Below are positions 1-9,290 of a stretch of 64,000 nucleotides of DNA, piece by piece. Location: positions 615,137-679,136 of the forward strand of contig OZ245829.1 in the NCBI GenBank assembly GCA_965228625.1. Reading direction: 5' to 3'. The position numbers and the translations under genes were made by a program. The notes beneath the pieces were generated by a model. It was not told the DNA's origin. It saw only the letters and a program-made list of their open reading frames with translations, and did not search any database. How positions within the stretch are numbered: position 1 is the first letter of the stretch; each line of letters starts with the position of its first letter. The stretch is from Hyphomicrobiales bacterium (GTDB lineage Bacteria > Pseudomonadota > Alphaproteobacteria > Rhizobiales > Methyloligellaceae).

Positions 1-573
1 GAACAGGCCGAAGGCCATAGCCGCCACGCCCTGCACGCCGCCGAGCGCGAGGATCGAGTCCGCGCCGCAGACGTCGGCGGTGTAGATGATCGCCGGGTTG
101 ACCCCGACTTCGGGCCGCGGCGGCGAACACGTCGTGATGTGCCCGCATCCGGCAACCTTGGCGGTGGTCACGGTCATGATCGCGGAAGCCACGTGGCTGT
201 AGCGTCCGCCGGGCACGTAACATCCCGCCGCCTGGCAGGGGATCGCTTTCTGACCGGCGACGAACCCCGGAATGATCTCAACCTCGATATCGGAAATCGT
301 GCCCTTCTGCGCCTCCGCGAACTTGCGAACGTTATCGCGCGCGAACCGGATATCATCCTTCACCTTTTGCGAAAGCGATTGCGTCGCCGCATCGATCTCG
401 TCGCGGGTCAGGACGATGTTGCCGTCATACTTGTCGAACTTCGCCGCATAGCGCTTGGCCGCCTCTTCGCCGCCCTGCTCGATATCATCGAGGATGGCGC
501 GGACGGTCGCCTGGACGTCCGACGCATCGCTCGTCGACGTCTTGGGCGCCTTTTTGAGATATTCGACAGACAT
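1..573 (-). CDS. histidinol dehydrogenase family protein (HisD/HpsN-like), 3' part runs off the window
   Basis: Not in ORF track (open at window edge). My translation from ATG 573-571 (SD GGGAGAGG upstream) gives MSVEYLKKAPK...CYVPGGRY...LALGGVQGVAAMAFGLF, typical N-terminal half of the HisD family. Confidence 0.7.
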   Translation of the reverse strand, partial: MSVEYLKKAPKTSTSDASDVQATVRAILDDIEQGGEEAAKRYAAKFDKYDGNIVLTRDEIDAATQSLSQKVKDDIRFARDNVRKFAEAQKGTISDIEVEIIPGFVAGQKAIPCQAAGCYVPGGRYSHVASAIMTVTTAKVAGCGHITTCSPPRPEVGVNPAIIYTADVCGADSILALGGVQGVAAMAFGLF

Positions 574-711
574 TGGATTTGTACCTCTCCCTGAATTTGC
601 ACACGGGCTACGTAACAAGGTCACGGGCGCGCGTTCGAAATATTAGCAGAAACCTCGACAACGAAGCGCTGTTCATACGTTCCGACCGGTCCGGCGGCAA
701 ATCACTGACAC

Positions 712-2154
712 TCATTCCACCCACGCCCGATTGATGTAGGGCGTGTCGCCGACCTCAGACATCGAAAGGTGCGTGAGCGGTCCATTCGCGTTGCTTGAGG
801 AGAAGACCCTCTCCCCGACCTCGATCCGCGTCGGGTCCGGACCGTCCCGCAGCGCCTCATGCAGCACGCGTCCATCAAGATGTTCGGGCGGCGTGACCCC
901 CAGCATGTGCAGGACCGTGGGCATGACATCGACATTCCCGGCGGGCACGGGGATCTCCTGTTCCGGCTTGAGGCGGCCACCCGCCATGATCAGTACGTTA
1001 CGCATCTCATATGGGCTCAGCCCACCATGGCACCCTCCCCCCGGCGGATAGATGGAATCATGGAGGGACATGCCGTCCCGGCCCCATTCATTGGTGCTGT
1101 CGTCATAGCGCAGCACCAGCGCGATGTCGGGCGACCGGCGGTGCGCCACCTGAACGAGATCAAGCGTCAGCGTGCCTTCGGCGCCATGGCGGGTGAAGAG
1201 AGGACCACACCATTCCTCCTGTTGCAGCCATTCGACGATCTCGCCGATCCGCTCCGGCGCGGGGTCGTCGAGCCACACGCCGCCGCCATTTGCGACGACG
1301 ATATTCGCCCCGTCGAATCCCGCCTCGCGGAATCTCGTGTCCAGCCCGAGCGGTTCGCCTCTGATGGTGATCTGGCCATGGTCCGACATTGCGATGATCT
1401 GCAGCGAGCCATCGGCGATGGCGTCTTCGTGCATCGCGAGGATACGCCCGAACTGCGAGTCGGCATGGTGGATTGTCTCAAGCGCGCCCGGCGAGCCGAT
1501 ACCCAGATGGTGAAAGGACTCATCCGGTTCGCACAGCCACAGCAGCATGACATCGGGGTGGATTTCCGGCTCGACGAACTCCAGGTAACAATCGACCGCA
1601 TAGGTGATCCAGTCGAGCGCGGGCCGGGTGTACTCGGGCAACGGTCCGACACGTTCCATGATCCGGTTCTCGACGCCGGCAGGGACCGACGCTTCCGGCC
1701 GCCGCATGGCGAAGCGGAACGCGCCCGTCTTCTCGGCGGCAATATTGATAAGACGGCCACCGCCGGATGTTCCCGCGCTCAGAGTCGCATAGGATTTGCC
1801 GGCCGCATTCAGCCACTCACCGAGTGTCGGCACATCGAAGAACGGCTCGGTCATTCGCTTGAGAGCCGCTTCGAACGCAACGTCATCTCCGGTGTTCAAC
1901 ACAACGCCCCTGCCGTTTTCGGAGACGACGAAATTGTTGGCGACGACGCCATGACGGGACGGATAGCACCCGGTAATCACGGCCGACTGATTGACGCGGG
2001 TTTCGGACGGGAAAGTGGACCGGCTGTTCGTGAACCACACACCGCCCCGGGCAAAGGCATGCAGGTAGGGCATCAATTCTGGGGTGACGAATTCCGGGCG
2101 CAGGGCATCGAAGACGACAATCAGCACGCGCGTGTTCCGGTCAGACTTTTCCAA
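712..2154 (-). CDS. alkaline phosphatase superfamily protein (type I phosphodiesterase / nucleotide pyrophosphatase family)
   Basis: 480 aa; N-terminus VLIVVFDALRPEF...FPSETRVNQSAVITGCYPSRHG and later SDHG motif fit the NPP/phosphodiesterase metal-site pattern. Confidence 0.7.
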   Translation of the reverse strand: MEKSDRNTRVLIVVFDALRPEFVTPELMPYLHAFARGGVWFTNSRSTFPSETRVNQSAVITGCYPSRHGVVANNFVVSENGRGVVLNTGDDVAFEAALKRMTEPFFDVPTLGEWLNAAGKSYATLSAGTSGGGRLINIAAEKTGAFRFAMRRPEASVPAGVENRIMERVGPLPEYTRPALDWITYAVDCYLEFVEPEIHPDVMLLWLCEPDESFHHLGIGSPGALETIHHADSQFGRILAMHEDAIADGSLQIIAMSDHGQITIRGEPLGLDTRFREAGFDGANIVVANGGGVWLDDPAPERIGEIVEWLQQEEWCGPLFTRHGAEGTLTLDLVQVAHRRSPDIALVLRYDDSTNEWGRDGMSLHDSIYPPGGGCHGGLSPYEMRNVLIMAGGRLKPEQEIPVPAGNVDVMPTVLHMLGVTPPEHLDGRVLHEALRDGPDPTRIEVGERVFSSSNANGPLTHLSMSEVGDTPYINRAWVE

Positions 2155-2400
2155 CTTCCGTTACTCCCCCGAGACCGACGCGCCGCACTCACCAGTCGGC
2201 AGACCTACACATTTTTTGTGACGTGCGATAGCAGTTTGCTCCGGGCCGCCGCCGTTATCGGCGTGGAACATCAACGGCTCGTCCGGGCGGCGGCTGATCC
2301 GGCAGCAACCCATGCTGTCTCACACCTGGTTTTTCGCCTATAGTCCCGTTCTTTCCGCCGGACTCCCTTTTCAGCCGCGAAGCCCGTTCAGGCCGCTTCC

Positions 2401-3606
2401 ATGACGCCCCAACCAGAAAAGACCCCTAGGGACAGTTCCGTCAATCTGCCGCTGATGGTGCTGGCCCGCATCTGCACCACCACGATTTTCATGACCTATC
2501 CGGCGTGCCTGGCCGTGTTGCTCGTCGAGTGGAACATGAGCGCAACCCAGGGCGGCATGGTGCAGGGCGCGTTCACGGCCGCTTTCGCCGTGTCTCTTCT
2601 TGTTGCCTCGTTCCTGTGTGATCGCATCGGGGCGAAGCGCGTATTCAATACGGCAACCCTGTTAGCCGCCGCGTCCGCTCTTCTTTTCGCGGTCTTTTCC
2701 ACATCATTCGAGACCGCGCTCGTGTTCATATCCCTTGTCGGCCTGTCGCAGGGCGGGACCTATACGCCGGCCATCATGCTGGTTTCGGCAAACACGCCGC
2801 CGGCACGGACGGCATCCGCGGTCGGCTGGATACTCGCCGGCATGTCCGCCGGCTATGTCGTCTCCATCTTCCTGTCGATGGCGTTGCTGCCCACGCACGG
2901 CTACCGGACGGCGTTCATGGCGACCGCGGCGATCACCATTGCGGGCTGGGTGTTCGGATTTCTCGCCGTTCGCCACGCCCGAGACCAGCTCGAGGAAAAA
3001 GGAACCGCTGAAACGACGGCGGACGGCTCCCTGCCACGCCGGGCACGGCTGCTCACACTCGGATATATCGGCCATTGCTGGGAGCTCTTCGGCGCATGGG
3101 CCTGGATCCCTGCGTTTCTGGCAGCGGCGATTCTGACGAACGGCACAATGTCGGGAATCGAACTCGGCCTCTGGACTGCGCTTGCGCTGCACATGTCCGG
3201 CTTTTTCTCCTCATTCCTCTCAGGGTACGCCGCGGACCGGTTCGGGATGCGGCGCGTCCTGATCGTGTTCGCGGTGCTCGGTACAGCCTGCTCCGTGTCG
3301 ATTGGCTGGCTGGGCGACATCAACATCGCGCTGCTGCTGATCATCGCCGCGGTCTACGGGTTCGCCACAATCGGCGACTCATCCGTTCTCTCGGCGGCAA
3401 TGACGCGAGCCGTCCCCCCTCACCGACTCGGACGCGCGCTGGGCCTGAGGTCGGTTCTGGGGGTCGGTGCCGGGGCCGTCGCGCCAATCGCTTTCGGGCT
3501 TGCACTCGATATCGCCCCGAAAGCGTCCGCCTGGGGCATCGCGTTTTCCGTTCTCGCGATCGGCGGCATGGTCGCCGTGATCTGCGCTGTTCTGCTGCCG
3601 CGTTAG
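2401..3606 (+). CDS. MFS transporter
   Basis: 401 aa, about 12 hydrophobic segments, DRIGAKR and DRFGMRR loop motifs typical of MFS. Confidence 0.8.
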   Translation: MTPQPEKTPRDSSVNLPLMVLARICTTTIFMTYPACLAVLLVEWNMSATQGGMVQGAFTAAFAVSLLVASFLCDRIGAKRVFNTATLLAAASALLFAVFSTSFETALVFISLVGLSQGGTYTPAIMLVSANTPPARTASAVGWILAGMSAGYVVSIFLSMALLPTHGYRTAFMATAAITIAGWVFGFLAVRHARDQLEEKGTAETTADGSLPRRARLLTLGYIGHCWELFGAWAWIPAFLAAAILTNGTMSGIELGLWTALALHMSGFFSSFLSGYAADRFGMRRVLIVFAVLGTACSVSIGWLGDINIALLLIIAAVYGFATIGDSSVLSAAMTRAVPPHRLGRALGLRSVLGVGAGAVAPIAFGLALDIAPKASAWGIAFSVLAIGGMVAVICAVLLPR

Positions 3607-3630
3607 ACCTGGCCAGCCCCGGACAAACTG

Positions 3631-3999
3631 CTAGTCCTTGAGCTCGTCCGGCACTTTGCCGCCGTTTTCCGCGAGCTTCGTCATGACCTGCTTGTGGAGC
3701 CAGATGTTCATGGAAGCGGAGTCGCTCATGTCGCCGGAATACCCCAGCTCTTGCGCAAGCTCCTTGCGCTCCGACAGGCTGCTGTCCAGATCAAGCAGTT
3801 TCATCAGATCGACGATCGACGTCTTCCAGTTGAGTTTCTGATTTGCCTTGCCGGCAAGGTCGTCAAGAATTACCTCAACGTCGACTTCCGTCCCGGGGGC
3901 TACCGACGGCGCCGCCGAATCGCTTTCTGCCGCTTCCTGCGGCGCGGCTTCGGCTGATTTGCCGAAAATCGCCGACATGATGTTTCCAAAGATGCTCAT
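3631..3999 (-). CDS. DUF3597-like small protein
   Basis: Start moved to MSIFGNIMSAIFGK (ATG 3999-3997, SD GGAGA). N-terminal motif plus C-terminal LNWKTSIVDLMKLLDLDSS...ELA.ELG pattern recognised as DUF3597. Confidence 0.65.
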   Translation of the reverse strand: MSIFGNIMSAIFGKSAEAAPQEAAESDSAAPSVAPGTEVDVEVILDDLAGKANQKLNWKTSIVDLMKLLDLDSSLSERKELAQELGYSGDMSDSASMNIWLHKQVMTKLAENGGKVPDELKD

Positions 4000-4072
4000 G
4001 AGGTGTCTCCACAACCTAAAGTTGAATTATCTCGCCATTTCAACACGCCTGCCGAAAACAAGATAGTGGGTG

Positions 4073-4088
4073 TCTGATGTAAATCAGA
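4073..4088. promoter_or_regulatory. candidate Crp/Fnr-type operator, palindrome TCTGAT-N4-ATCAGA
   Basis: Perfect 6+6 inverted repeat in the AT-richer 400-bp divergent region between DUF3597 and ompW. A further AATCAGATA half-site lies about 80 bp downstream. Confidence 0.3.
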
Positions 4089-4403
4089 TACGCGACGATT
4101 GTTTGGCGCTAGCATCCTGCTCATGGGGGCGCGTGCGGTGCGCGAGTGTACCGACACGCCTTGGGACAAGAATCAGATAGACGTGGGGGTATCCACACAA
4201 CGAGCATCTGCGACAATTATACCACACATAAGTATCAATTTTGATTTGTGGTGCGGATGCGCTTTGTACTAACCAAAACCAACAGCTAGTTTTGTTTCGA
4301 AACACCTGCGGTTCGGAGATTCTTTTGCACCGTATCGGGTCTGAAACAACGTGGTCTTTGCGCGTCGCGCAAAGCAAATGGTCGGGACTTGGGGGACCAG
4401 AAA

Positions 4404-5108
4404 ATGAAAACGGGAATAGCAAATCGAGTTGCGTCAGTCGTTCTGGGCGCCGGGCTCTTGCTCGGGTTGAACCAGGCCGTATTGGCAGAAGACAGGACCG
4501 GCAGCGTCACGGTGCGCGTCGGAGCCACGGTGGTCGATCCGGACTCGAGCGCGGACGTATTTGCCGGCGGCGCGCGGATCGCAGGCGCCGATGCCGAAGT
4601 CAGCACCGAGGTCGTACCCTCGCTCACGCTGGCCTACTTCTTCACGCACAACGTCGCTGTGGAGCTGTTCTGCTGCTTTGCGAAGCACGAGGTGGACGGT
4701 AAAGGCACGCTCAACGGCATCGACCTTGGCGACACCTGGATCTTCCCACCGGCGCTGACGTTGCAGTACCACTTCGACACCGGAGGCGCTTTCAAGCCGT
4801 ATGTGGGCGCCGGCATCCAGTACATCAATTTCTTTGACGAAAGCAGGAGCGATCTCGCCGGCGGTGCCAGGCTGGACATTGACGATGCCGTCGGATTCAC
4901 GTTGCAGGCCGGTGTCGATATCGACATCGGCAACGGCTGGTTCCTCAACGGCGACGTCAAGAAGACCTTCCTCGACACCGACGCGAGCTGGGAAGGAACC
5001 AATGTCACTGCCGACGTGGACCTTGATCCCTGGCTTTTCACGGCCGCCGTCGGCCGACGTTTCAACCTGTTCGGCCCGGCCCCGATGGCGCCCGGACCGT
5101 ACAAATAG
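4404..5108 (+). CDS. ompW: OmpW family outer membrane protein
   Basis: Start at MKTGIANR (SD GGGGGA), signal peptide ending LAED, YHF...FKPYVGAGIQY and terminal F-rich beta-strand pattern of OmpW. Confidence 0.8.
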   Translation: MKTGIANRVASVVLGAGLLLGLNQAVLAEDRTGSVTVRVGATVVDPDSSADVFAGGARIAGADAEVSTEVVPSLTLAYFFTHNVAVELFCCFAKHEVDGKGTLNGIDLGDTWIFPPALTLQYHFDTGGAFKPYVGAGIQYINFFDESRSDLAGGARLDIDDAVGFTLQAGVDIDIGNGWFLNGDVKKTFLDTDASWEGTNVTADVDLDPWLFTAAVGRRFNLFGPAPMAPGPYK

Positions 5109-5151
5109 ACCCAGGGCGATCCACTGCCGATCGCCTCACCTCAATGCCAGG

Positions 5152-5183
5152 ACGGCCCGGTCTTCTGACCGGGCCGTTTTTTT
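5152..5183 (+). terminator. rho-independent terminator of ompW
   Basis: 11-bp perfect stem ACGGCCCGGTC/GACCGGGCCGT, 4-nt loop, followed by a T7 run. Confidence 0.75.
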
Positions 5184-5190
5184 GGCTGAT

Positions 5191-5667
5191 CTAATTCTGC
5201 GTGAGTTGCCTGACGAAATCCGCGATACGGGCCGCGAGTTCCGCACCAACGACATGGTCGGCCTTGACCGCCAGCACGGCTGCGACCGGCTGCGGCAATA
5301 ATGCATCAACCATTGCCTGCGCCGGCGCGGCCGCCGAGTGACCTCCATAGGTCAAAAACAACCCGACCCTGGACGGAAGCCGGGGCTTGCCGGCCAGAAG
5401 AGCCCGCAAGGGCAGCGCCGGATAGCTCGTCCAGATGGGCGCACCGAGCAACACCAGATCATAGTCGGCATATCTGGTCTCCGGGATATCGATCGGCGGG
5501 AGGTTTCCCCTGACGCTGTCGTAACCGGCACGCAGATAGCGCAACGCGCCAGAACCATATCGATCACACTTGATCTCGGTGACATCCGCATGCAGAGCAT
5601 CGGCAAGCGCCGACGCAAGCCTTCGCGTGGTCCCGGTGCGTGAATAGTAGACGATGAGAGTTTTCAC
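5191..5667 (-). CDS. flavodoxin family protein
   Basis: MKTLIVYYSRTGTTRRLA N-terminus (FMN phosphate loop), 158 aa. Confidence 0.75.
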   Translation of the reverse strand: MKTLIVYYSRTGTTRRLASALADALHADVTEIKCDRYGSGALRYLRAGYDSVRGNLPPIDIPETRYADYDLVLLGAPIWTSYPALPLRALLAGKPRLPSRVGLFLTYGGHSAAAPAQAMVDALLPQPVAAVLAVKADHVVGAELAARIADFVRQLTQN

Positions 5668-5903
5668 AGCTTCGCCGTCCCCGCATGCCTTTCTTCAGCG
5701 GTCAACTCCAGAAGACAATCGTGAATGGGCGCCGCCGCGCCGACATTGACCTGCCTCAATGCCTTTCCCGACGGGATGCCCGCTGGCTTCAGGATGATCT
5801 GAGAGGGTGTGCTCTTCGTAACGAAGCGGAATCAACACCAAATCTTCATGCGCGTTGCGGGACGGCACCGCGCTCGGCAACCGGCACACGGGCCAGACAA
5901 AAC

Positions 5904-7484
5904 ATGAGCTCCGATATTGCGAACCGAGAACCCCGACCGTCCCGTCAGTCCGGCAATGATACCCGCTCGCTGATTGTCGTTCTCGGCGACCAGCTCTCGG
6001 CCGACATCTCAAGCCTGGCCGCCGGCTCGAACACCCGTGATGTGGTGCTCATGGCGGAGGTGATGGAAGAGGCAACCTATGTGCCGCATCACAAGAAGAA
6101 GATCGCCTTCCTGTTTTCGGCCATGCGCCATTTCGCCGATAGCTTGAACGACGCCGGCTGGACGGTCGAATACACCCGGCTGGATGTCGGCGAGAACACC
6201 GGATCCTTCACCGGGGAAGTCGCACGCGCCCTTGAACGTCACGCCTGCAATGAAATCATCGTCACGGAACCGGGCGAGTGGCGGGTCCTGGAAGCGATGC
6301 GCACCTGGCCGGACCGCTTCGGCGTGCCGGTCCGAATTCTCACCGATGACCGCTTCATCTGCTCGCGCGAGGATTTCGCCGAGTGGGCCGCGCCGCGAAA
6401 GCAGTTGCGCATGGAGTATTTTTACCGCGACATGCGCCGCCGCACCGGCCTGCTCATGAACGGCGCGGAACCGGAGGGCGGGCGATGGAACTACGACGTC
6501 GAGAACCGCAAGCCGGCCCGCGGTGAACTCACCTTTCCGCGAGCCTACCGCGTGGCGCCGGACGCAACGACAAACGAGGTCCTGGACCTCGTGAGCGCGC
6601 GCTTTGCTGACCATTTCGGCGACCTTCAGCCCTTCTGGTTCGCGGTAACGCCCGCGGATGCGGAAGCCGCGCTCGACCACTTCATCAACGCCGCGCTCCC
6701 GAGTTTTGGCGACTACCAGGACGCGATGCTTCAGGACGAGCGGTTCATCTACCACTCCGTTCTTTCGCTCTATATCAATGCCGGGCTTCTCGACCCGTTG
6801 GATGTGTGCCGCCGGGTGGAGGCGGCCTTTCACGAAGGTCAGGCGCCCCTGAATGCCGCGGAGGGCTTCATTCGGCAGATCATCGGCTGGCGCGAATACG
6901 TACGCGGCATTTATTGGCTCAAAATGCCGGACTATCGCGAGCAGAACCATTTGGGCGCGGTGCGGCCGCTCCCGGATTTCTACTGGACCGGCGATACCGA
7001 TATGGCGTGCCTCCACGCCGCCATCGCCCAGACCCGGGAAGAGGCCTACGCGCACCATATTCAGCGCCTCATGGTCACGGGAACCTTCGCGATGCTCGCG
7101 GGGGTCGACCCCCATGCCGTGCATGAGTGGTACCTCGCCGTATACGCGGACGCCTATGAGTGGGTGGAGCTGCCGAACACGCTCGGCATGAGCCAGTTCG
7201 CCGATGGCGGTTTGCTGGGCTCAAAGCCCTATGCGGCCAGCGGCAACTACATCAACAAGATGTCCGACTACTGCCGCGGATGCCGTTATGACGTGAAGCA
7301 GAAAACCGGCGAAGGGGCGTGCCCTTTCAATCCACTCTATTGGGATTTCCTCGCCCGCAACCGCGAGAAACTGGGAGGCAACCCGCGGCTGGCGCATCCT
7401 TATCGCACGTGGGATCGCATGGAGCCGGCGCGTCAGGCGGAGACGCGGCAAAGCGCAGCGAAGGTGCTCGAAGCGCTCAGTTAG
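5904..7484 (+). CDS. cryptochrome/photolyase family protein, FeS-BCP / (6-4) photolyase-like (PhrB/CryB type)
   Basis: Start re-placed at MSSDIANRE (ATG 5904). Shows the photolyase-related pattern (LIVVLGDQL..., WREYVRGIYW, AYAHHIQRLMV) and a C-terminal Cys cluster (MACLH, CRGC, ACPF) consistent with a 4Fe-4S site. Confidence 0.75.
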   Translation: MSSDIANREPRPSRQSGNDTRSLIVVLGDQLSADISSLAAGSNTRDVVLMAEVMEEATYVPHHKKKIAFLFSAMRHFADSLNDAGWTVEYTRLDVGENTGSFTGEVARALERHACNEIIVTEPGEWRVLEAMRTWPDRFGVPVRILTDDRFICSREDFAEWAAPRKQLRMEYFYRDMRRRTGLLMNGAEPEGGRWNYDVENRKPARGELTFPRAYRVAPDATTNEVLDLVSARFADHFGDLQPFWFAVTPADAEAALDHFINAALPSFGDYQDAMLQDERFIYHSVLSLYINAGLLDPLDVCRRVEAAFHEGQAPLNAAEGFIRQIIGWREYVRGIYWLKMPDYREQNHLGAVRPLPDFYWTGDTDMACLHAAIAQTREEAYAHHIQRLMVTGTFAMLAGVDPHAVHEWYLAVYADAYEWVELPNTLGMSQFADGGLLGSKPYAASGNYINKMSDYCRGCRYDVKQKTGEGACPFNPLYWDFLARNREKLGGNPRLAHPYRTWDRMEPARQAETRQSAAKVLEALS

Positions 7485-7505
7485 CTTCCCTCAGGATCCA
7501 GACGA

Positions 7506-8168
7506 TCACTTCCAGTGCGGCGGATACGCGTTGTCGAAACCCTCGACCGCCTCGATGCGTTCGCGCCACGCGTCGAGGTTCGGCCAGTGCTTCCTCAAGG
7601 GGACCACGCCGAGCTTCATCGGCTCGGCTTCGGGACGCGCGGCGGCACGGCAAAGCTGCATGACGACCGGGAAAACGACCAGATCCGCGGCGCTCAAAGT
7701 CTCACCGGCAAGCCACGGCTCGGATGCAAGCCCCGTTTCGAGCAATACAAGCTCATCACGCACGCGCGCCATGGCCGCGGCAATCCGATCTGCGAACTCC
7801 TCGCCTTTTCCGCGAAAGAGTGGACGCGAGATATCCCCGATGCACTCCCGCAGGTAACCGTCGCATTCACTGATGACCTGCCAGATGCGGGCTGTCTGTG
7901 CTGGCGTCACTCCAAACAGCGGGGGCTCCGGCGCAATGGCGTCGAGATAGGCGAGAATCGCGAACGTCTCACAAACGACGGTGCCGTCGTGGACGAGGAC
8001 CGGAACCTGGCCGCGCGGATTGATCTTCAGAAACTCCGGCGCCTTTTGCTCGCGCTTGGCGTTGTCGAGCCGTCGGGGTGTATAGCCGATCCCCTTGACC
8101 TCCAGCGCCAGCATGACGGTCCAACACGGCGGCGAACCGGAAATGAAATACACATCGCACTGGGTCAT
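7506..8168 (-). CDS. glutathione S-transferase
   Basis: Start at MTQCDVYFISGSPPCW (ATG 8168). Thioredoxin-like N-domain with INPRGQVPVL..., 220 aa. Confidence 0.8.
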   Translation of the reverse strand: MTQCDVYFISGSPPCWTVMLALEVKGIGYTPRRLDNAKREQKAPEFLKINPRGQVPVLVHDGTVVCETFAILAYLDAIAPEPPLFGVTPAQTARIWQVISECDGYLRECIGDISRPLFRGKGEEFADRIAAAMARVRDELVLLETGLASEPWLAGETLSAADLVVFPVVMQLCRAAARPEAEPMKLGVVPLRKHWPNLDAWRERIEAVEGFDNAYPPHWK

Positions 8169-8290
8169 GAAAAGGTCGCCCGATTGACGCCACACAGGCC
8201 GTGGCATCAGCATATGCCCGCAACGGTGGTGGACGGCAAGGGACAATCGCAGGCGCGAAAGCCGACGCTCAGCCCGGCAATACGGTCCGT

Positions 8291-9091
8291 CTATGTCGGC
8301 GCCTTGTGAAAACCAAGTTGACCCGGGGTTGCGATGTCCGCCCCGTTGCTGCGCACATAATCAAGCAGCGTAGAGAGATCCTGCGCGTTTCGCTCACCGT
8401 AGATCCGCGTCAGAACGCCGGCCAACGGCGTGCTCTTCCGCAACAACTGGACGTCCTTCACGAACCCTTCTCGACGGTTGATCTGACCGAGGACCTTTTG
8501 CTTCCTGAGGTTCGACAAGGCACGGCTGACCGTATCCGCGTTGAGACCGAGATAACCGCCGATTTCCTCGCGGGTCATGGGCAGCGGAATGGAGACCCCA
8601 TCGACCATCTTGCGCCCCTGCCTCAGGACCATTTCGAGGACGAAAGACGCAACCCGCTGTTGCCGGTCGAGTGTTCCGAGCAAGACGTTTTGCAGCGCGA
8701 ACCGCTCGGTCTGATAGGCGGAAACGCGAACCAGGGCGCGGCCCAACCTCCGGTCCTGGCCCGCCCGCGCGATGATCTCGCGATGCGGCACCTTGGTCAG
8801 CGAAGCATCGCTGAGCGCCCGTGCCGTCGTGTTCGGCAGAAGATAGTTGAACGCGGTGCACAGGAAATCACCGGGAAACCGGAACCCGAGCACCTGGCGC
8901 CGCCCGTCGATGAGAACCGTTTCAAGGATCAGCACGCCGCGCGTAACCATCAGCAGGCCGTCTTCGCGGGTCTGGTCATCAACCACGATGTCATGACGTT
9001 CGAAGTCCCGGGACGGAAAACTCTTCAGCCAATTCAGGACCAGCTCTGGTGTGCTCTCCTGCGCGGATGGCGTCACATCTCGCGATGACAT
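8291..9091 (-). CDS. Crp/Fnr family transcriptional regulator
   Basis: cNMP-binding-like domain followed by HTH (MTREEIGGYLGLNADTVSRALSNL). Start uncertain (9091 or 9190). Confidence 0.8.
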   Translation of the reverse strand: MSSRDVTPSAQESTPELVLNWLKSFPSRDFERHDIVVDDQTREDGLLMVTRGVLILETVLIDGRRQVLGFRFPGDFLCTAFNYLLPNTTARALSDASLTKVPHREIIARAGQDRRLGRALVRVSAYQTERFALQNVLLGTLDRQQRVASFVLEMVLRQGRKMVDGVSIPLPMTREEIGGYLGLNADTVSRALSNLRKQKVLGQINRREGFVKDVQLLRKSTPLAGVLTRIYGERNAQDLSTLLDYVRSNGADIATPGQLGFHKAPT

Positions 9092-9290
9092 TTGCAGGCT
9101 CCTTGCGGGAGGCGAAGTAAAGCGCCCCGCGGACACATCTTGCACGTCGGCACGAAATGCTAGCGCGCACGCCTGTTCGCGCTTTGACATGCGTCAATAG
9201 TCTTCTGCGACTTTTGTCGTGGAGGTGTTGCCCGAAAATCAGCCAGCGCATGCAATCTCGCGCTTCGATGACGCGTGATCTGGCAAAGCG

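Noticed and set aside
859-2343. 494-aa plus-strand ORF overlapping the phosphodiesterase-family gene
   Set aside because: It is antisense to a gene with clear family motifs. Its translation is Arg/Gly/Ala/Pro-rich and low-complexity with no recognisable domain, which is typical of a high-GC shadow ORF.
4084-4422. 112-aa minus-strand ORF in the DUF3597 / ompW intergenic region
   Set aside because: It lies in an AT-richer promoter-like region, has no SD, overlaps the ompW start, and matches no family.
5685-5903. 73-codon N-terminal extension of the photolyase ORF. Similar upstream extensions are listed for many genes (e.g. 7506-8246, 8291-9190, 13136-14998, 17181, 18134, 26448-27200, 27073, 33311-34672, 36717-37793, 41861-42895, 42914, 46159-47709, 47648-47977)
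   Set aside because: The extensions are Arg-rich and lack family similarity. Internal ATG/GTG codons with SD sequences coincide with the conserved N-termini. The track also translates alternative start codons as M.
6009-7124. 371-aa minus-strand ORF inside the photolyase gene, plus similar long antisense ORFs (7515-8309, 13433-14404, 16624-17472, 17277-18224, 18086-19591, 28159-29517)
   Set aside because: Each is fully antisense to a gene with strong family signatures, and each has an Arg/His/Gly-rich composition. None has a convincing SD.
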